From assembly GCA_049967655.1 (NCBI GenBank), contig JBMFSH010000002.1:32001-96000 (forward strand): DNA of 64,000 nucleotides, written 5' to 3'. Both the position numbers and the translations under genes were made by a program. The DNA comes from Acidobacteriota bacterium (lineage in GTDB: Bacteria > Acidobacteriota > UBA4820 > DSQY01). The notes beneath the pieces are model-generated. The model was given only the letters and a program-made list of their open reading frames with translations, searched no databases and was not told the origin of the DNA. Position 1 is the stretch's first letter; the number at the start of each line of letters is the position of its first letter. Shown here one piece after another: positions 9,546 to 18,936 of this stretch.

Positions 9546-10784
9546 TCACAGCTTCATGGCGACGACGGGATCGAGGTTGGCCGCGTCGCGCGCCGGAAAG
9601 TAACCCGCCAGCAAACCGACGAATCCGAGGACTCCGGCTGTGAGAGCCGCCACGGACGGGGAGACGAGCGGCGTGCCCACGTATTCGGTGAGCCCGAACT
9701 TTGGGAAGATGGCGCAGATCCCGGCCGAGAGGAGCAGCCCCAGCGCCCCGCCGATCCCGGTGAGCGTCATGGTTTCGAGGAGGAACTGTCGGAGGACGTC
9801 CCCCCGCTTGGCTCCCAGCGCCATCTTGATGCCGATCTCCCGGGTGCGCTCTTCCACGACCACGTTCATGATGTTGGAAACGCCGATGCCGCCCACCACG
9901 AGCGTCAGGGAGCCGACGATTCCCAGGAAGAGTTGGAAGCCCAGCATGAAGGCGTCCATGAAGGCGAACATGTCGGTGGTGTCCCACACCATGAGCGCCT
10001 GATCATCCTTGGGATCGAAGTGAAGGCGCTTGGCCAGAATGCCCCGGATGTCGAGGGTGAGAGGCTTGTTGCCTTCCGGAGCCTCGGCCTTGTAGATGAA
10101 GTCGTCCATGTATTTCTCGCCGGTGATGGCCCGGAAGGTGGTGGAGGGGATGAACATCTTGTCCTTGTCCCGCCCGCTGTAGCTGGAGTCCTGTTCCTTG
10201 GGCTTGAGGACGCCGACGACCAGGAACGGCGAGTCGGCGAGCATGAAGGTTTTGCCCACGGGATTGGCCTCCCCGAAGAAGTCCTTCGCGAACGCGTCCC
10301 CGATGAAGGCCACCCTCCGCCGGTCGCTCATGTCGAGCGGGTCGAAGAACCGGCCCCCCTCCTGGGGAATCAGGTTGCGCATGGCGCCGAAGACGGGGGA
10401 GACGCCCGAGACATCCACCATCATGGTCTTGTTGCCGCTGTGGACCTTGAAGCTCTTGGCGTACTCGCTGGAGATGCCCGCCAACCCCGCGGCCTGGCGT
10501 TTGACGGCCTCGATGTCCTCCTCCGTCATGAGGAGGCGGCGTCCCTTCCCGATGCCCTCCCAGGGGAGCGAGGTGCGCATCGGCCAGCCGATGACGATGC
10601 GGTCGCCGAGGCCCGCCGCGCTCTGGATCATGGACTTGTGAAGCCCTTGGCCGAAGGCCAGCAGCAGGCTCACGGCCACGGTGCCCCACACGATGCCGAA
10701 GGTGGTGAGGAAGGTGCGGAGCTTCTGGCTGCGGAGGTTCCGATAGAGCTGGCGGAAGACCTCGATCGGGCCGGATATGGACAT
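9546..10784 (-). CDS. ABC transporter permease (MacB-PCD/FtsX family)
   Basis: GGIGVSNIM...EERTREIGIKMALGA and PARDAANLDP motifs. Confidence 0.92.
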   Translation of the reverse strand: MSISGPIEVFRQLYRNLRSQKLRTFLTTFGIVWGTVAVSLLLAFGQGLHKSMIQSAAGLGDRIVIGWPMRTSLPWEGIGKGRRLLMTEEDIEAVKRQAAGLAGISSEYAKSFKVHSGNKTMMVDVSGVSPVFGAMRNLIPQEGGRFFDPLDMSDRRRVAFIGDAFAKDFFGEANPVGKTFMLADSPFLVVGVLKPKEQDSSYSGRDKDKMFIPSTTFRAITGEKYMDDFIYKAEAPEGNKPLTLDIRGILAKRLHFDPKDDQALMVWDTTDMFAFMDAFMLGFQLFLGIVGSLTLVVGGIGVSNIMNVVVEERTREIGIKMALGAKRGDVLRQFLLETMTLTGIGGALGLLLSAGICAIFPKFGLTEYVGTPLVSPSVAALTAGVLGFVGLLAGYFPARDAANLDPVVAMKL

Positions 10785-10854
10785 GGCTCCCTCCCTGGGA
10801 TCGGGCGGCGAGGGGGCGTGGCGAGGGACCCTCCGCCGCGCGGCCGGTTCTGAC

Positions 10855-11961
10855 CTAGCTGATTTCCTTCGGCGGGCGCTGGACCACCTTTTCGCCGACC
10901 TTCAGCCCCGAGACCACTTCGATGTTCAGGCCGTCGGAGAGGCCGAGCGTCACCGGCACCTTCTTGGGCGGCTCGTCGGACCTGGCCGCCGGCACCTCGA
11001 CGTAGGCCTTCTTGCCGCCGTCCTCGAAGGAGACCAGCCTTTCGGGGATGATGGGGATGTCCTTCTTCTCCCGGATGATCACGTCCGCGTTGGCGGAGTA
11101 GCCCGCGCGCAGGGTGATCTTCGCGTCGGGAGTCAGCTCGATCTCCACGTCGAAGAGGGTGGAGCCCTCCTTCTTCTCGGCCTGGGGCGCGATGCGGGAG
11201 ACGCGGCCGGTCACGACGTCCGAGGGCAGGGCTCCCACCTTGATCCTGACCGGCAGGCCCAACCTCATCTTGCCCACGTCGATCTCGTCCACCGTGCCCT
11301 TGAAGATGAGGTCGCTCATGTCGGCGATGCTGGCCAGCTCGGTGCCCGCCTGGTAGGAGGTGAGGGGCACCACGGGGTCGCCAGGATCCACGCTTCGCGT
11401 CAGCACCGTGCCGGCGGCGGGGGCCCGGATGATGGTCTCCATGGCCGCCCCTCCTCCCGTGACGCGGCCCTTCATGGTCAGCTCGCGGTTGTCACGGGCT
11501 CGCGCGAGGGCCACCTGGGCCTTCTCGTAGGCCTCGCGCATGGCGTCCAGATCCTCCCTCGCCACGACGCCCTGAGAGGCCAGCTCTTTGTAACGCAGGA
11601 AGTCCGCCTTGGCCCGGTCGAAGCCGGCCTGGGCATTCTGGAGGTCCCGGTCCACTTGAATGAGATCCTGGGGCGTGGGATCGGGTGCGATCTCGAAGAG
11701 GGGGTCGCCCGCCTTCACCGTGTCGCCCACCTGCACCACGCACCGCTTCACGATGCCGCTGATCTTGGATTTGACCTGAAATTTCTGTCTCGGTTCGATC
11801 TGTCCGACGGCCAGTGCCTTCTCCGTGATGGAGCCCCGTTCCACTGGAACAAGCTTGAAGTCGTCCTTCTTGGAGCCGGCGTGTCTGACCCACGCGTACA
11901 CCCCTGCCGCCGCCACCCCCACGGCGACCAGGATGAACAGAATCTTCACCAACCTCGCCAT
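10855..11961 (-). CDS. Efflux periplasmic adaptor (MacA/HlyD-like membrane fusion protein)
   Basis: N-terminal TM helix, lipoyl halves (VQVGDTVKAGDPL; IRAPAAG), VDEIDV and GLKVGEKVV. Confidence 0.92.
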   Translation of the reverse strand: MARLVKILFILVAVGVAAAGVYAWVRHAGSKKDDFKLVPVERGSITEKALAVGQIEPRQKFQVKSKISGIVKRCVVQVGDTVKAGDPLFEIAPDPTPQDLIQVDRDLQNAQAGFDRAKADFLRYKELASQGVVAREDLDAMREAYEKAQVALARARDNRELTMKGRVTGGGAAMETIIRAPAAGTVLTRSVDPGDPVVPLTSYQAGTELASIADMSDLIFKGTVDEIDVGKMRLGLPVRIKVGALPSDVVTGRVSRIAPQAEKKEGSTLFDVEIELTPDAKITLRAGYSANADVIIREKKDIPIIPERLVSFEDGGKKAYVEVPAARSDEPPKKVPVTLGLSDGLNIEVVSGLKVGEKVVQRPPKEIS

Positions 11962-12192
11962 CGTCCTCTCCTTAGCTCTCTTCGGCGGATGCCCTGAGGT
12001 TCACCACGCTGGGTTATACGGGGGGAGGGGAGAAAGGTTTGGCCGGGCCAGCCAGGCCGAGGGCCGCGCAGACCCGCCGGGGGAATAGCGGAGGCGGCAA
12101 GCAGGGAGACTTGACGACCACGGTCCGCCGCTCGGCGGATGGACCGCCCGGCCTACCCAAGAACAGCATTGCTCCAGTTGGAAGATGCCGTC

Positions 12193-12642
12193 CTAGGCCG
12201 GGAACTTGCCCGTCTTGTTGCGCCGGTAGCGGAGGCCGAGCGCGGCGAGCGCCACGGCGAGGAAGCCGAAGTCCCGGAGGATGGAGAGGAGGATCTCCCC
12301 GCGGGCGCCGGAGTGGCCGAAGCATCCGCAGTTGATGTCCAGGCCGCGGACCCAGGCCTGGCCCATGGCGGCCAGAAACGCCACCAGCATGAGGTTGGCC
12401 AGGACGATCCCCCCCTCCGCCGAGAAGCCGGATAGGAGGGCCAATCCCATGACGGCCTCGATCCAGGGAAGGATCACGGCCAGCGGATTGACCAGCCCGT
12501 CCGGGAGTATCGCATAGTGGGAGATGTCGGCCGCAAAGCCTGATGGATTCAGGATCTTGGGAACGGCGGCGGCCAAGAAGATGCCCGCCACGGCCCAGCG
12601 GGCGAGGCGCTCCGCCCAAATCACCCAGCCGCTTGGTTTCAC
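12193..12642 (-). CDS. MauE/DoxX family membrane protein
   Basis: FLAAAVPK, LPWIE and GLDINCGCFG motifs; GTG start overlaps the rhodanese stop (GTGA). Confidence 0.85.
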   Translation of the reverse strand: MKPSGWVIWAERLARWAVAGIFLAAAVPKILNPSGFAADISHYAILPDGLVNPLAVILPWIEAVMGLALLSGFSAEGGIVLANLMLVAFLAAMGQAWVRGLDINCGCFGHSGARGEILLSILRDFGFLAVALAALGLRYRRNKTGKFPA

Positions 12643-13118
12643 GGTTTGTAGGTCCCCCGTTCGATAGGCAGGTTGGCCCTCATCCAGCCCGGCAGTCCGT
12701 CGTGGAAGACGGCCACCCGGTTGTCCGAGTAGCCCTTGGCGATGAGCTCCTTGGCCAGCTCCTCGGAGGTGCCGCACGAGCCGCCCGAGCAATAGACGAT
12801 GATGAGCTTGGCCTTCTGGAGCTCGGGGGCCACCTTGGCGTAGTAGGGAGCGAAGTTGTCCGCCGGCACGTTGAGCGCGTGGGGAATGTGGCCGAGCGCG
12901 AATTCCTCGGAGGAGCGAGCGTCCACGATGACCGTGCCCGGCTGCTGCAGATAGTACCGGACCTCCTGGAGGGACATCATCCGCGCCCCCTCCTGGGCCA
13001 GGCGCGCGGCTGTGCCTCCGCGCAGAGGAAGTCCACTGGGTGAAAGGGCGTTGTAGGCCAGGCCCACCAGGGAGCCGACGGCAACCAGGGCGGCCATCTG
13101 AAGGAAACTGCGGCGCAT
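12639..13118 (-). CDS. Membrane-anchored rhodanese-like domain protein
   Basis: N-terminal TM helix; VDAR..EF..GHIPHA, YCSGGSCGTS and GLPGW motifs. Confidence 0.85.
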   Translation of the reverse strand: MRRSFLQMAALVAVGSLVGLAYNALSPSGLPLRGGTAARLAQEGARMMSLQEVRYYLQQPGTVIVDARSSEEFALGHIPHALNVPADNFAPYYAKVAPELQKAKLIIVYCSGGSCGTSEELAKELIAKGYSDNRVAVFHDGLPGWMRANLPIERGTYKP

Positions 13119-13521
13119 GATTCCTCCTCGTCGAAGAACGCAATCTTATAACCAAGGGGCAAGGGGGAGCAAGCGGCTCCCGCCGGAACCTGAGCCGAGG
13201 ACAATTCTCAACTAGGAGGAGCAGCTGAGACCTTCCGACATCCACGAGCCCCAGGTTCGACATCCAAAATCCAGACGACCCTCCGCGGAGGACCTTCACG
13301 CAATCCCGATCTCCGATGGAGAAACATGGGATGCGCGTGGTTTCATCCCTGATACCCCGGCCTCCGCGAAGGAGACCGAGAGGCCGACGGCCCGGCCGAG
13401 CTCCCGCGGCACTGCGTCTCCGCCATGGGCCGTCCAGCGTCCAGATCGGACTCCTTATAGCGGGACGAGCACCATCTGGCATTGAGCTTGCTGAAGTAAC
13501 CCCCCGGAGGCGCAGGCAGGC

Positions 13522-15177
13522 ATGGTCAAAAGTTCTTTCGAGTGGCGGGATTGGGGGCCGTCGGCTTTGGAGGAGGCCGGTCGGTCGCGCAAGCCGCTCT
13601 TCCTGCTGGTCACAACCTTCAGTTCGGAGCAAGCAATCGGTATTTCCGGGGCCATCGCGGAAGACAGGGTGCTCTCTTCCCTCCTGGCCCGCTCCTTCGT
13701 TCCCGTGCTTGCCGATGGGGATTGCCACCCGGAATTGGGGCGACTCTACTTCTCGACACCGGCGCCCGCTGCGGCCCTCCTGCATCCCGACGGGACCCTC
13801 CTGGCCAACTGTCCGCTGGAGGCGCCCGGCACCCTCGTGAAGCTCCTTAGGTCGGCGGTCGTGGCGGCCTCCCATTACAGCCCGCCGGTGGCGCCGGTTT
13901 TCGGAGGATACCCGGTGCCCTTCATCGAGCATCATCCTCGTAGCCTCGAGCGCGGGTTGGAATTGGTGGAGGGTATCTACCAGAAGCTCCTGGACCGTCT
14001 GATCGTGGAAGGAGGCGAATTCGGCGAAGGGGCCGGAGCGCCGTGCATCGAACCGATCCGCTTCCTCTTGCGGTACGGGACCTTCATGGGTAGCCGCGAG
14101 GCCCTCGAAAGGGCTGTTCAGATACTCCAGTCGTTGGCCTACTCGCCCCTTTACGACTCCGTTGAGGGCGGATTCTTTCACGCCCGGGACGGCTCGCGGC
14201 TAGATACCCGAAAGTTCCTTCAGGACAACGCCCACTGGCTCATCCTGTCGCTCCGCGTGGCCGCCGTGCCGGAGGGCGGATTTGCCCTTCCTCTGGCGAG
14301 GGGCATCCTCCATTATCTCCAGCAGAAGATGCTCCAGAAGGGAGGCCTGTTTGCGGCCGCGCAGCGGGATGACGATTCCTACTACGCGCTGAGCGGAGAA
14401 GAGCGACGGCGCGTGCGGCCGCCGCAGCTGAATGCGGCGGCCTTGGCGCCGCCCAACGCACTGGCCGTGAGGGCCCTGTGCAACGGGTGGCAATTTCTGG
14501 GGGAAAGGGCCTACCTGAACTTCGCCCAGCGGGTCCATGGCCGGCTCGAGAGCGACCTGATGGGACCGGATGGAGCCCTCGCCCACTCCAGAACCGGTGA
14601 GGCGCTCGGTGCGGCGTACCTCGGCGCCCAGGTGGAACTCGGCTACGCGCGGCTGGCCCTATACCAGTCCACGTTGGATCCCCGCTATCTGGAGGGGGTG
14701 GAGAAGGTCGCCAGGCTCCTGGTGTCGGACTACTCCAATCCGGCGGGCCTGGGATTCCTAGACGTGCGTCCCAAGGACAGGGACCGGCTGGCCGTCTTCC
14801 GGCCCATGCTTGATCCGGTCATGAACGCAAGAGCGGCTGGCTTCCTGATCCTCGCCTCGGCCCAACTGGAGGATGAGAAACTGGCCCTTCCCGCGCGGAG
14901 GGTGCTGGGCGCCCTCGTGGAGGCCGAGCTCGAAGATCTGAGTGCCCTGTGCCAATTGGGCAACGCGCTCCTGGTGACGCTCACGCCCCTGGCCGTCTAC
15001 GTTGCGGTGACCGATGGTTCAAGCCGGCAGCGCAATCACGTTCTGGAGAAGCTCCGGAAGCTCGGCGCGTCCTTCAGTCTGGTCATGCATCGCGGGCCCT
15101 CCCGTTTCGAGAAGATGCAGGCCCTGCCCCGGCTCATCGCCTGCTGCGGGAACCAGCAGCGCGAGATCCCCATCTGA
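13522..15177 (+). CDS. DUF255/YyaL-like thioredoxin plus six-hairpin glycosidase-like protein (divergent)
   Basis: W..WG..A.EEA...RKPLFL start; LYDSVEGGFFH; KFLQDNA resembling EKMLYDNA; CxxC absent. Confidence 0.7.
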   Translation: MVKSSFEWRDWGPSALEEAGRSRKPLFLLVTTFSSEQAIGISGAIAEDRVLSSLLARSFVPVLADGDCHPELGRLYFSTPAPAAALLHPDGTLLANCPLEAPGTLVKLLRSAVVAASHYSPPVAPVFGGYPVPFIEHHPRSLERGLELVEGIYQKLLDRLIVEGGEFGEGAGAPCIEPIRFLLRYGTFMGSREALERAVQILQSLAYSPLYDSVEGGFFHARDGSRLDTRKFLQDNAHWLILSLRVAAVPEGGFALPLARGILHYLQQKMLQKGGLFAAAQRDDDSYYALSGEERRRVRPPQLNAAALAPPNALAVRALCNGWQFLGERAYLNFAQRVHGRLESDLMGPDGALAHSRTGEALGAAYLGAQVELGYARLALYQSTLDPRYLEGVEKVARLLVSDYSNPAGLGFLDVRPKDRDRLAVFRPMLDPVMNARAAGFLILASAQLEDEKLALPARRVLGALVEAELEDLSALCQLGNALLVTLTPLAVYVAVTDGSSRQRNHVLEKLRKLGASFSLVMHRGPSRFEKMQALPRLIACCGNQQREIPI

Positions 15178-15261
15178 TGAATCGGGCAGAAAAGTCGACG
15201 GAATTGCGTCCGGAGAGGGTAATGTGGTATTAGAACGAGGTCCGGGGGAGTTCTTCCGTGT

Positions 15262-15338
15262 GCGCCCGTAGCTCAGCCGGATAGAGCGTCGGCCTTCGAA
15301 GCCGCAGGTCCCCCGTTCGAGTCGGGGCGGGCGCGCCA
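15262..15338 (+). tRNA. tRNA-Arg (anticodon TCG)
   Basis: GCGCCCG/CGGGCGC acceptor stem, anticodon loop CT-TCG-AA, GTTCGA T-loop, encoded CCA. Confidence 0.93.
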
Positions 15339-15475
15339 AGTATCCGGGGCGGAGCGTTCGCTGGCAGAAGTGCTCGCCCGGCGGCAATCTCCACGTCAGA
15401 CCGCATCCCACGCCAGGTTGCCTCTGCCCGGAAAATCCACGGAGGCTCCGGAGGACAACGCAGGTAGTGAGATGG

Positions 15476-15560
<85 letters not shown>

Positions 15561-15719
15561 GTTGATCGAGGATGGCTGCCCGCGCGGGGCACGGATGGCT
15601 CGTGCGGGCGTCTGGGCGGGGTGAGGCCGAGAAGGCCCGCCGGAAATGGGTCGAAGCCGCGGGAAGAGCCGGCCTCAGAGGGAGGCCGCAGGGAGCTCCA
15701 CAAAGATAAAGGATTCAGG

Positions 15720-17072
15720 ATGGACATCACATTCAAGCGAGAAGATGGGTGCCAGCGGCTGTACGAGGCGGTCGCCTCATGGGAAGAGATCGCCCCGCGG
15801 TTCTCCGAAGTGGCGCGCACCCTCAGGAGCCAGGTGAGACTGCCCGGTTTCCGGGCGGGCAAGGCCCCCGAGTCCATGGTGCGATCGCGGTTTCGGCGGG
15901 AGATCCGAGAAGAGGTCCTGGATCACCTGCTGGCGGACACGGCCAAGAGCATGGTCGAACAGTACGGCCTCAAGCCGGTGGTGGAGCCCTACGCCCAGGA
16001 GGTGCATCTCGAAGAGGGGGAACCATTCCGATGCACCCTGGTGGCCGAAGAGGCTCCGCAGGTTCCCGCGGTGGAGGCCGCTGGAATCACCATCGAGGTG
16101 CCCAAGGTCGAGGTCTCCGAGGAGCAGGTCGGACGAGCTCTCGAGTCCCTCAGGCAGAGGGCGGCGGTGATGAAGCCCCAGGAGGGTCCCGCGGCGGAGG
16201 GCGATTTCGCGGTGACGACCCTCCAGCGTAAGGGGCAGAGCAAGGGGCAGGAGCGCTTTTTCTGCGCCCTCTCCAAGAGTGAGCATCCCGCTGAAAGAGT
16301 CCTCGTCGGGGCCAAGCCGGGAGACCTGTTGAAGCTTTCGGTTCCTCAGGAGGACCACGGCCACGAGGAGGGTCACGCCCACGAGCACGACCACGGGCCT
16401 GGGCACCTGGCGCCCGGGGAGTACACGCTCAACGTGGTCAAGGTGGTGCGCCGTGAGGTTCCCGAGCTGGGCGACGAATTGGCCAAGGATCTCGGGGCCG
16501 AGAGCCTCGATGCCCTCAAGGGGCAGGTCCGAAATGACATGGAAGCCCGCTTCGCCTCGGAGGTGCGCGGCATCGAGGAGGAGCGCCTGGTGGGAGAGCT
16601 GCTCGAGCGCTACCCGTTTCCGGCCCCGCCCACGCTGGTGGACCGCCAATTGAGAAACGACCTCGAGGAGCTGGCCGAGGAAATGACCAGGCAGGGAGTA
16701 GACCTGGAGAAGGCCGACATGAACTGGGAGGAGATCGCCAAGTCCCGCCGGCCCATCGCGGAGCGCAAGGTGAAGGCGTACTATCTCTTCGAATCCGTCG
16801 CATCGGCCAAGGGCCTGACGGTCTCGGATGCGGAGGTGGACGCCTACTTCGAGCGCAAGGCCGAGGGCACCCGGGTCACGGCCGCTCAGCTCAAGAGCCA
16901 CGCGGTGAAGGAGAAGCAGATCGACATGGTGCAGCGCCTTCTTCTTCACCAGAAGGCCCTGGACTTGCTTCTTTCTCAAGCTTCGGTTACATTCACGGAG
17001 GGGAAATCCGCCACACAGGAGGGATTGAATGCCCCTGATTCCGATAGTCGTGGAGCAGACCAACCGCGGTGA
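15720..17072 (+). CDS. tig: Trigger factor with a His-rich insert
   Basis: PGFRAGKAP ribosome-binding signature; tRNA-Leu-tig-clpP-clpX synteny. Confidence 0.9.
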   Translation: MDITFKREDGCQRLYEAVASWEEIAPRFSEVARTLRSQVRLPGFRAGKAPESMVRSRFRREIREEVLDHLLADTAKSMVEQYGLKPVVEPYAQEVHLEEGEPFRCTLVAEEAPQVPAVEAAGITIEVPKVEVSEEQVGRALESLRQRAAVMKPQEGPAAEGDFAVTTLQRKGQSKGQERFFCALSKSEHPAERVLVGAKPGDLLKLSVPQEDHGHEEGHAHEHDHGPGHLAPGEYTLNVVKVVRREVPELGDELAKDLGAESLDALKGQVRNDMEARFASEVRGIEEERLVGELLERYPFPAPPTLVDRQLRNDLEELAEEMTRQGVDLEKADMNWEEIAKSRRPIAERKVKAYYLFESVASAKGLTVSDAEVDAYFERKAEGTRVTAAQLKSHAVKEKQIDMVQRLLLHQKALDLLLSQASVTFTEGKSATQEGLNAPDSDSRGADQPR

Positions 17073-17625
17073 GCGGTCCTACGACATCTACTCCCGGCTG
17101 CTCAAGGACAACATCATCTTCGTGGGCGAGGAGATCGACGATCATCTGGCGAATCTGGTCATCGCCCAGCTCCTCTTTCTCGAAGCTGAGGACCCGCAGC
17201 GCGACATCTGGCTGTACGTCAACAGCCCGGGAGGTTCCGTGACCTCCGGTCTGGCCATTTACGACACGATGCAGTTCGTGAAGCCGGACATCAACACGAT
17301 CTGCATCGGCCAAGCTGCATCCATGGCGGCCGTTCTGCTGGCCGCCGGGACCAAGGGCAAGCGCTTCGCGCTTCCCAACTCCCGGATCATCATCCACCAG
17401 CCCTTGGGCGGCGTGAGCGGGCAGGCCAGCGACATAGACATCCAGGCGAAGGAGATCCTGAGAATGCGGGAGGCCATATTTCAGATCCTCGCCAGTCATA
17501 CGGAGCGGCCGATCGAGACCATCCGGGCCGACTGCGACCGGGATTTCATCATGACGCCGGCACACGCGCTGGAGTACGGGATCGTGGACAAGATCCTTAC
17601 GCACCATGGGATACCGGAGAAATAA
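17029..17625 (+). CDS. clpP: ATP-dependent Clp protease proteolytic subunit
   Basis: [23 protein letters not shown] and IHQP motifs. Confidence 0.98.
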   Translation: MPLIPIVVEQTNRGERSYDIYSRLLKDNIIFVGEEIDDHLANLVIAQLLFLEAEDPQRDIWLYVNSPGGSVTSGLAIYDTMQFVKPDINTICIGQAASMAAVLLAAGTKGKRFALPNSRIIIHQPLGGVSGQASDIDIQAKEILRMREAIFQILASHTERPIETIRADCDRDFIMTPAHALEYGIVDKILTHHGIPEK

Positions 17626-17677
17626 AACGGCCTGGCCGAGCATTGCTCTGGATACCCCGGTGGCGGAGGGAAGGTAG

Positions 17678-18910
17678 ATGAGCCGAGGTTACGCGGACAA
17701 CGAACTCAGGTGCAGCTTCTGCAACAAGCCCCAGCGCGAGGTCAAGAAATTGATCGCGGGGCCCAACGTGTACATCTGCAATGAGTGCGTGGACACCTGC
17801 AACGAAATCCTGGCCGAAGACGTCGAAAAGGACGAGAAAGGCCGCAACCCTCTCCCCAAGCCCAAGGAGGTCAAGACCTTCCTGGACGAGTACGTGATTG
17901 GCCAGGATTTCGCCAAGAAGCGGATCGCGGTGGCGGTGTACAACCACTACCGTCGGACCCAGCTGAACGTGCGGCGCGGGGACGTGGAGGTCCAGAAATC
18001 CAACATCCTCCTCGTAGGCCCCACGGGGACGGGGAAGACCCTTCTAGCCCAGACCCTCGCCCGGCTCCTACAGGTTCCCTTCGCCATTGCCGATGCCACC
18101 ACCCTGACGGAGGCGGGCTACGTGGGTGAGGACGTGGAGAACATCCTCCTCAAGCTGCTCCAGAACGCCGACGGCGACAAGGTGCGGGCCGAACGGGGTA
18201 TCGTCTACGTGGACGAGATCGACAAAATCGCCAGGAAGGGCGAGAACCCCTCGATCACCCGCGACGTCTCGGGCGAGGGAGTCCAGCAGGCCCTCCTGAA
18301 GATCCTGGAGGGGACCGTCGCCAACGTGCCTCCTCAGGGCGGCAGGAAGCACCCCCACCAGGAGTTCATCCAGATTGACACGACCAACATCCTCTTCATC
18401 TGTGGGGGCGCCTTCGTGGGTTTGGACAAGATCATTGAACGGCGCCTGCACAAGTCCTCCATCGGGTACGGCGGCGTTCCCGAGCAGGGCGACCCCAAGA
18501 GCCTGAGCGACCTCCTCCACCTCGTGCAGCCGCAGGACCTCATCAAATACGGGATGATCCCGGAGTTCGTCGGCCGGGTGCCCGTCGTGGCGGCCCTGAA
18601 CGAGCTGGATCTCGATGCCCTGAAGACGATCCTGACCCAGCCCCGCAACGCCCTGGTCAAGCAGTTCCAGAAGATCTTCGAAATGGAGGGCGTAAAGCTC
18701 ACCTTCACGGCGGAGGCCGTGGAGGAGATTTCCAAGGAGGCCATCGCCCGGGGCGTGGGAGCCCGGGGATTGCGGATCATCATGGAAGACCTCATGCTCG
18801 AACTCATGTACGACATCCCTTCGCAGAGCAACGTCAAGGAAGTGGTCATCACGCGCGACGTCGTCCTGGCCAGCGCCAAGCCCATCATGCTGATGGAGCA
18901 CGCCGGCTGA
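17678..18910 (+). CDS. clpX: ATP-dependent Clp protease ATP-binding subunit ClpX
   Basis: CSFC/CNEC zinc finger, [22 protein letters not shown] and RKHP motifs. Confidence 0.98.
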   Translation: MSRGYADNELRCSFCNKPQREVKKLIAGPNVYICNECVDTCNEILAEDVEKDEKGRNPLPKPKEVKTFLDEYVIGQDFAKKRIAVAVYNHYRRTQLNVRRGDVEVQKSNILLVGPTGTGKTLLAQTLARLLQVPFAIADATTLTEAGYVGEDVENILLKLLQNADGDKVRAERGIVYVDEIDKIARKGENPSITRDVSGEGVQQALLKILEGTVANVPPQGGRKHPHQEFIQIDTTNILFICGGAFVGLDKIIERRLHKSSIGYGGVPEQGDPKSLSDLLHLVQPQDLIKYGMIPEFVGRVPVVAALNELDLDALKTILTQPRNALVKQFQKIFEMEGVKLTFTAEAVEEISKEAIARGVGARGLRIIMEDLMLELMYDIPSQSNVKEVVITRDVVLASAKPIMLMEHAG

Positions 18911-18936
18911 ATCGCGCCCGGCAAAAAGGTTCCCTC

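Noticed and set aside
13119..13521. 400-nt divergent intergenic region as a small gene or ncRNA
   Set aside because: The ORFs there are low-complexity frame shadows; no repeat or structure family was recognised.
12193..14181. 662-aa minus-strand ORF as a large fusion protein
   Set aside because: Only the last 149 codons (MauE/DoxX) look like protein; the rest overlaps the rhodanese and DUF255 genes.
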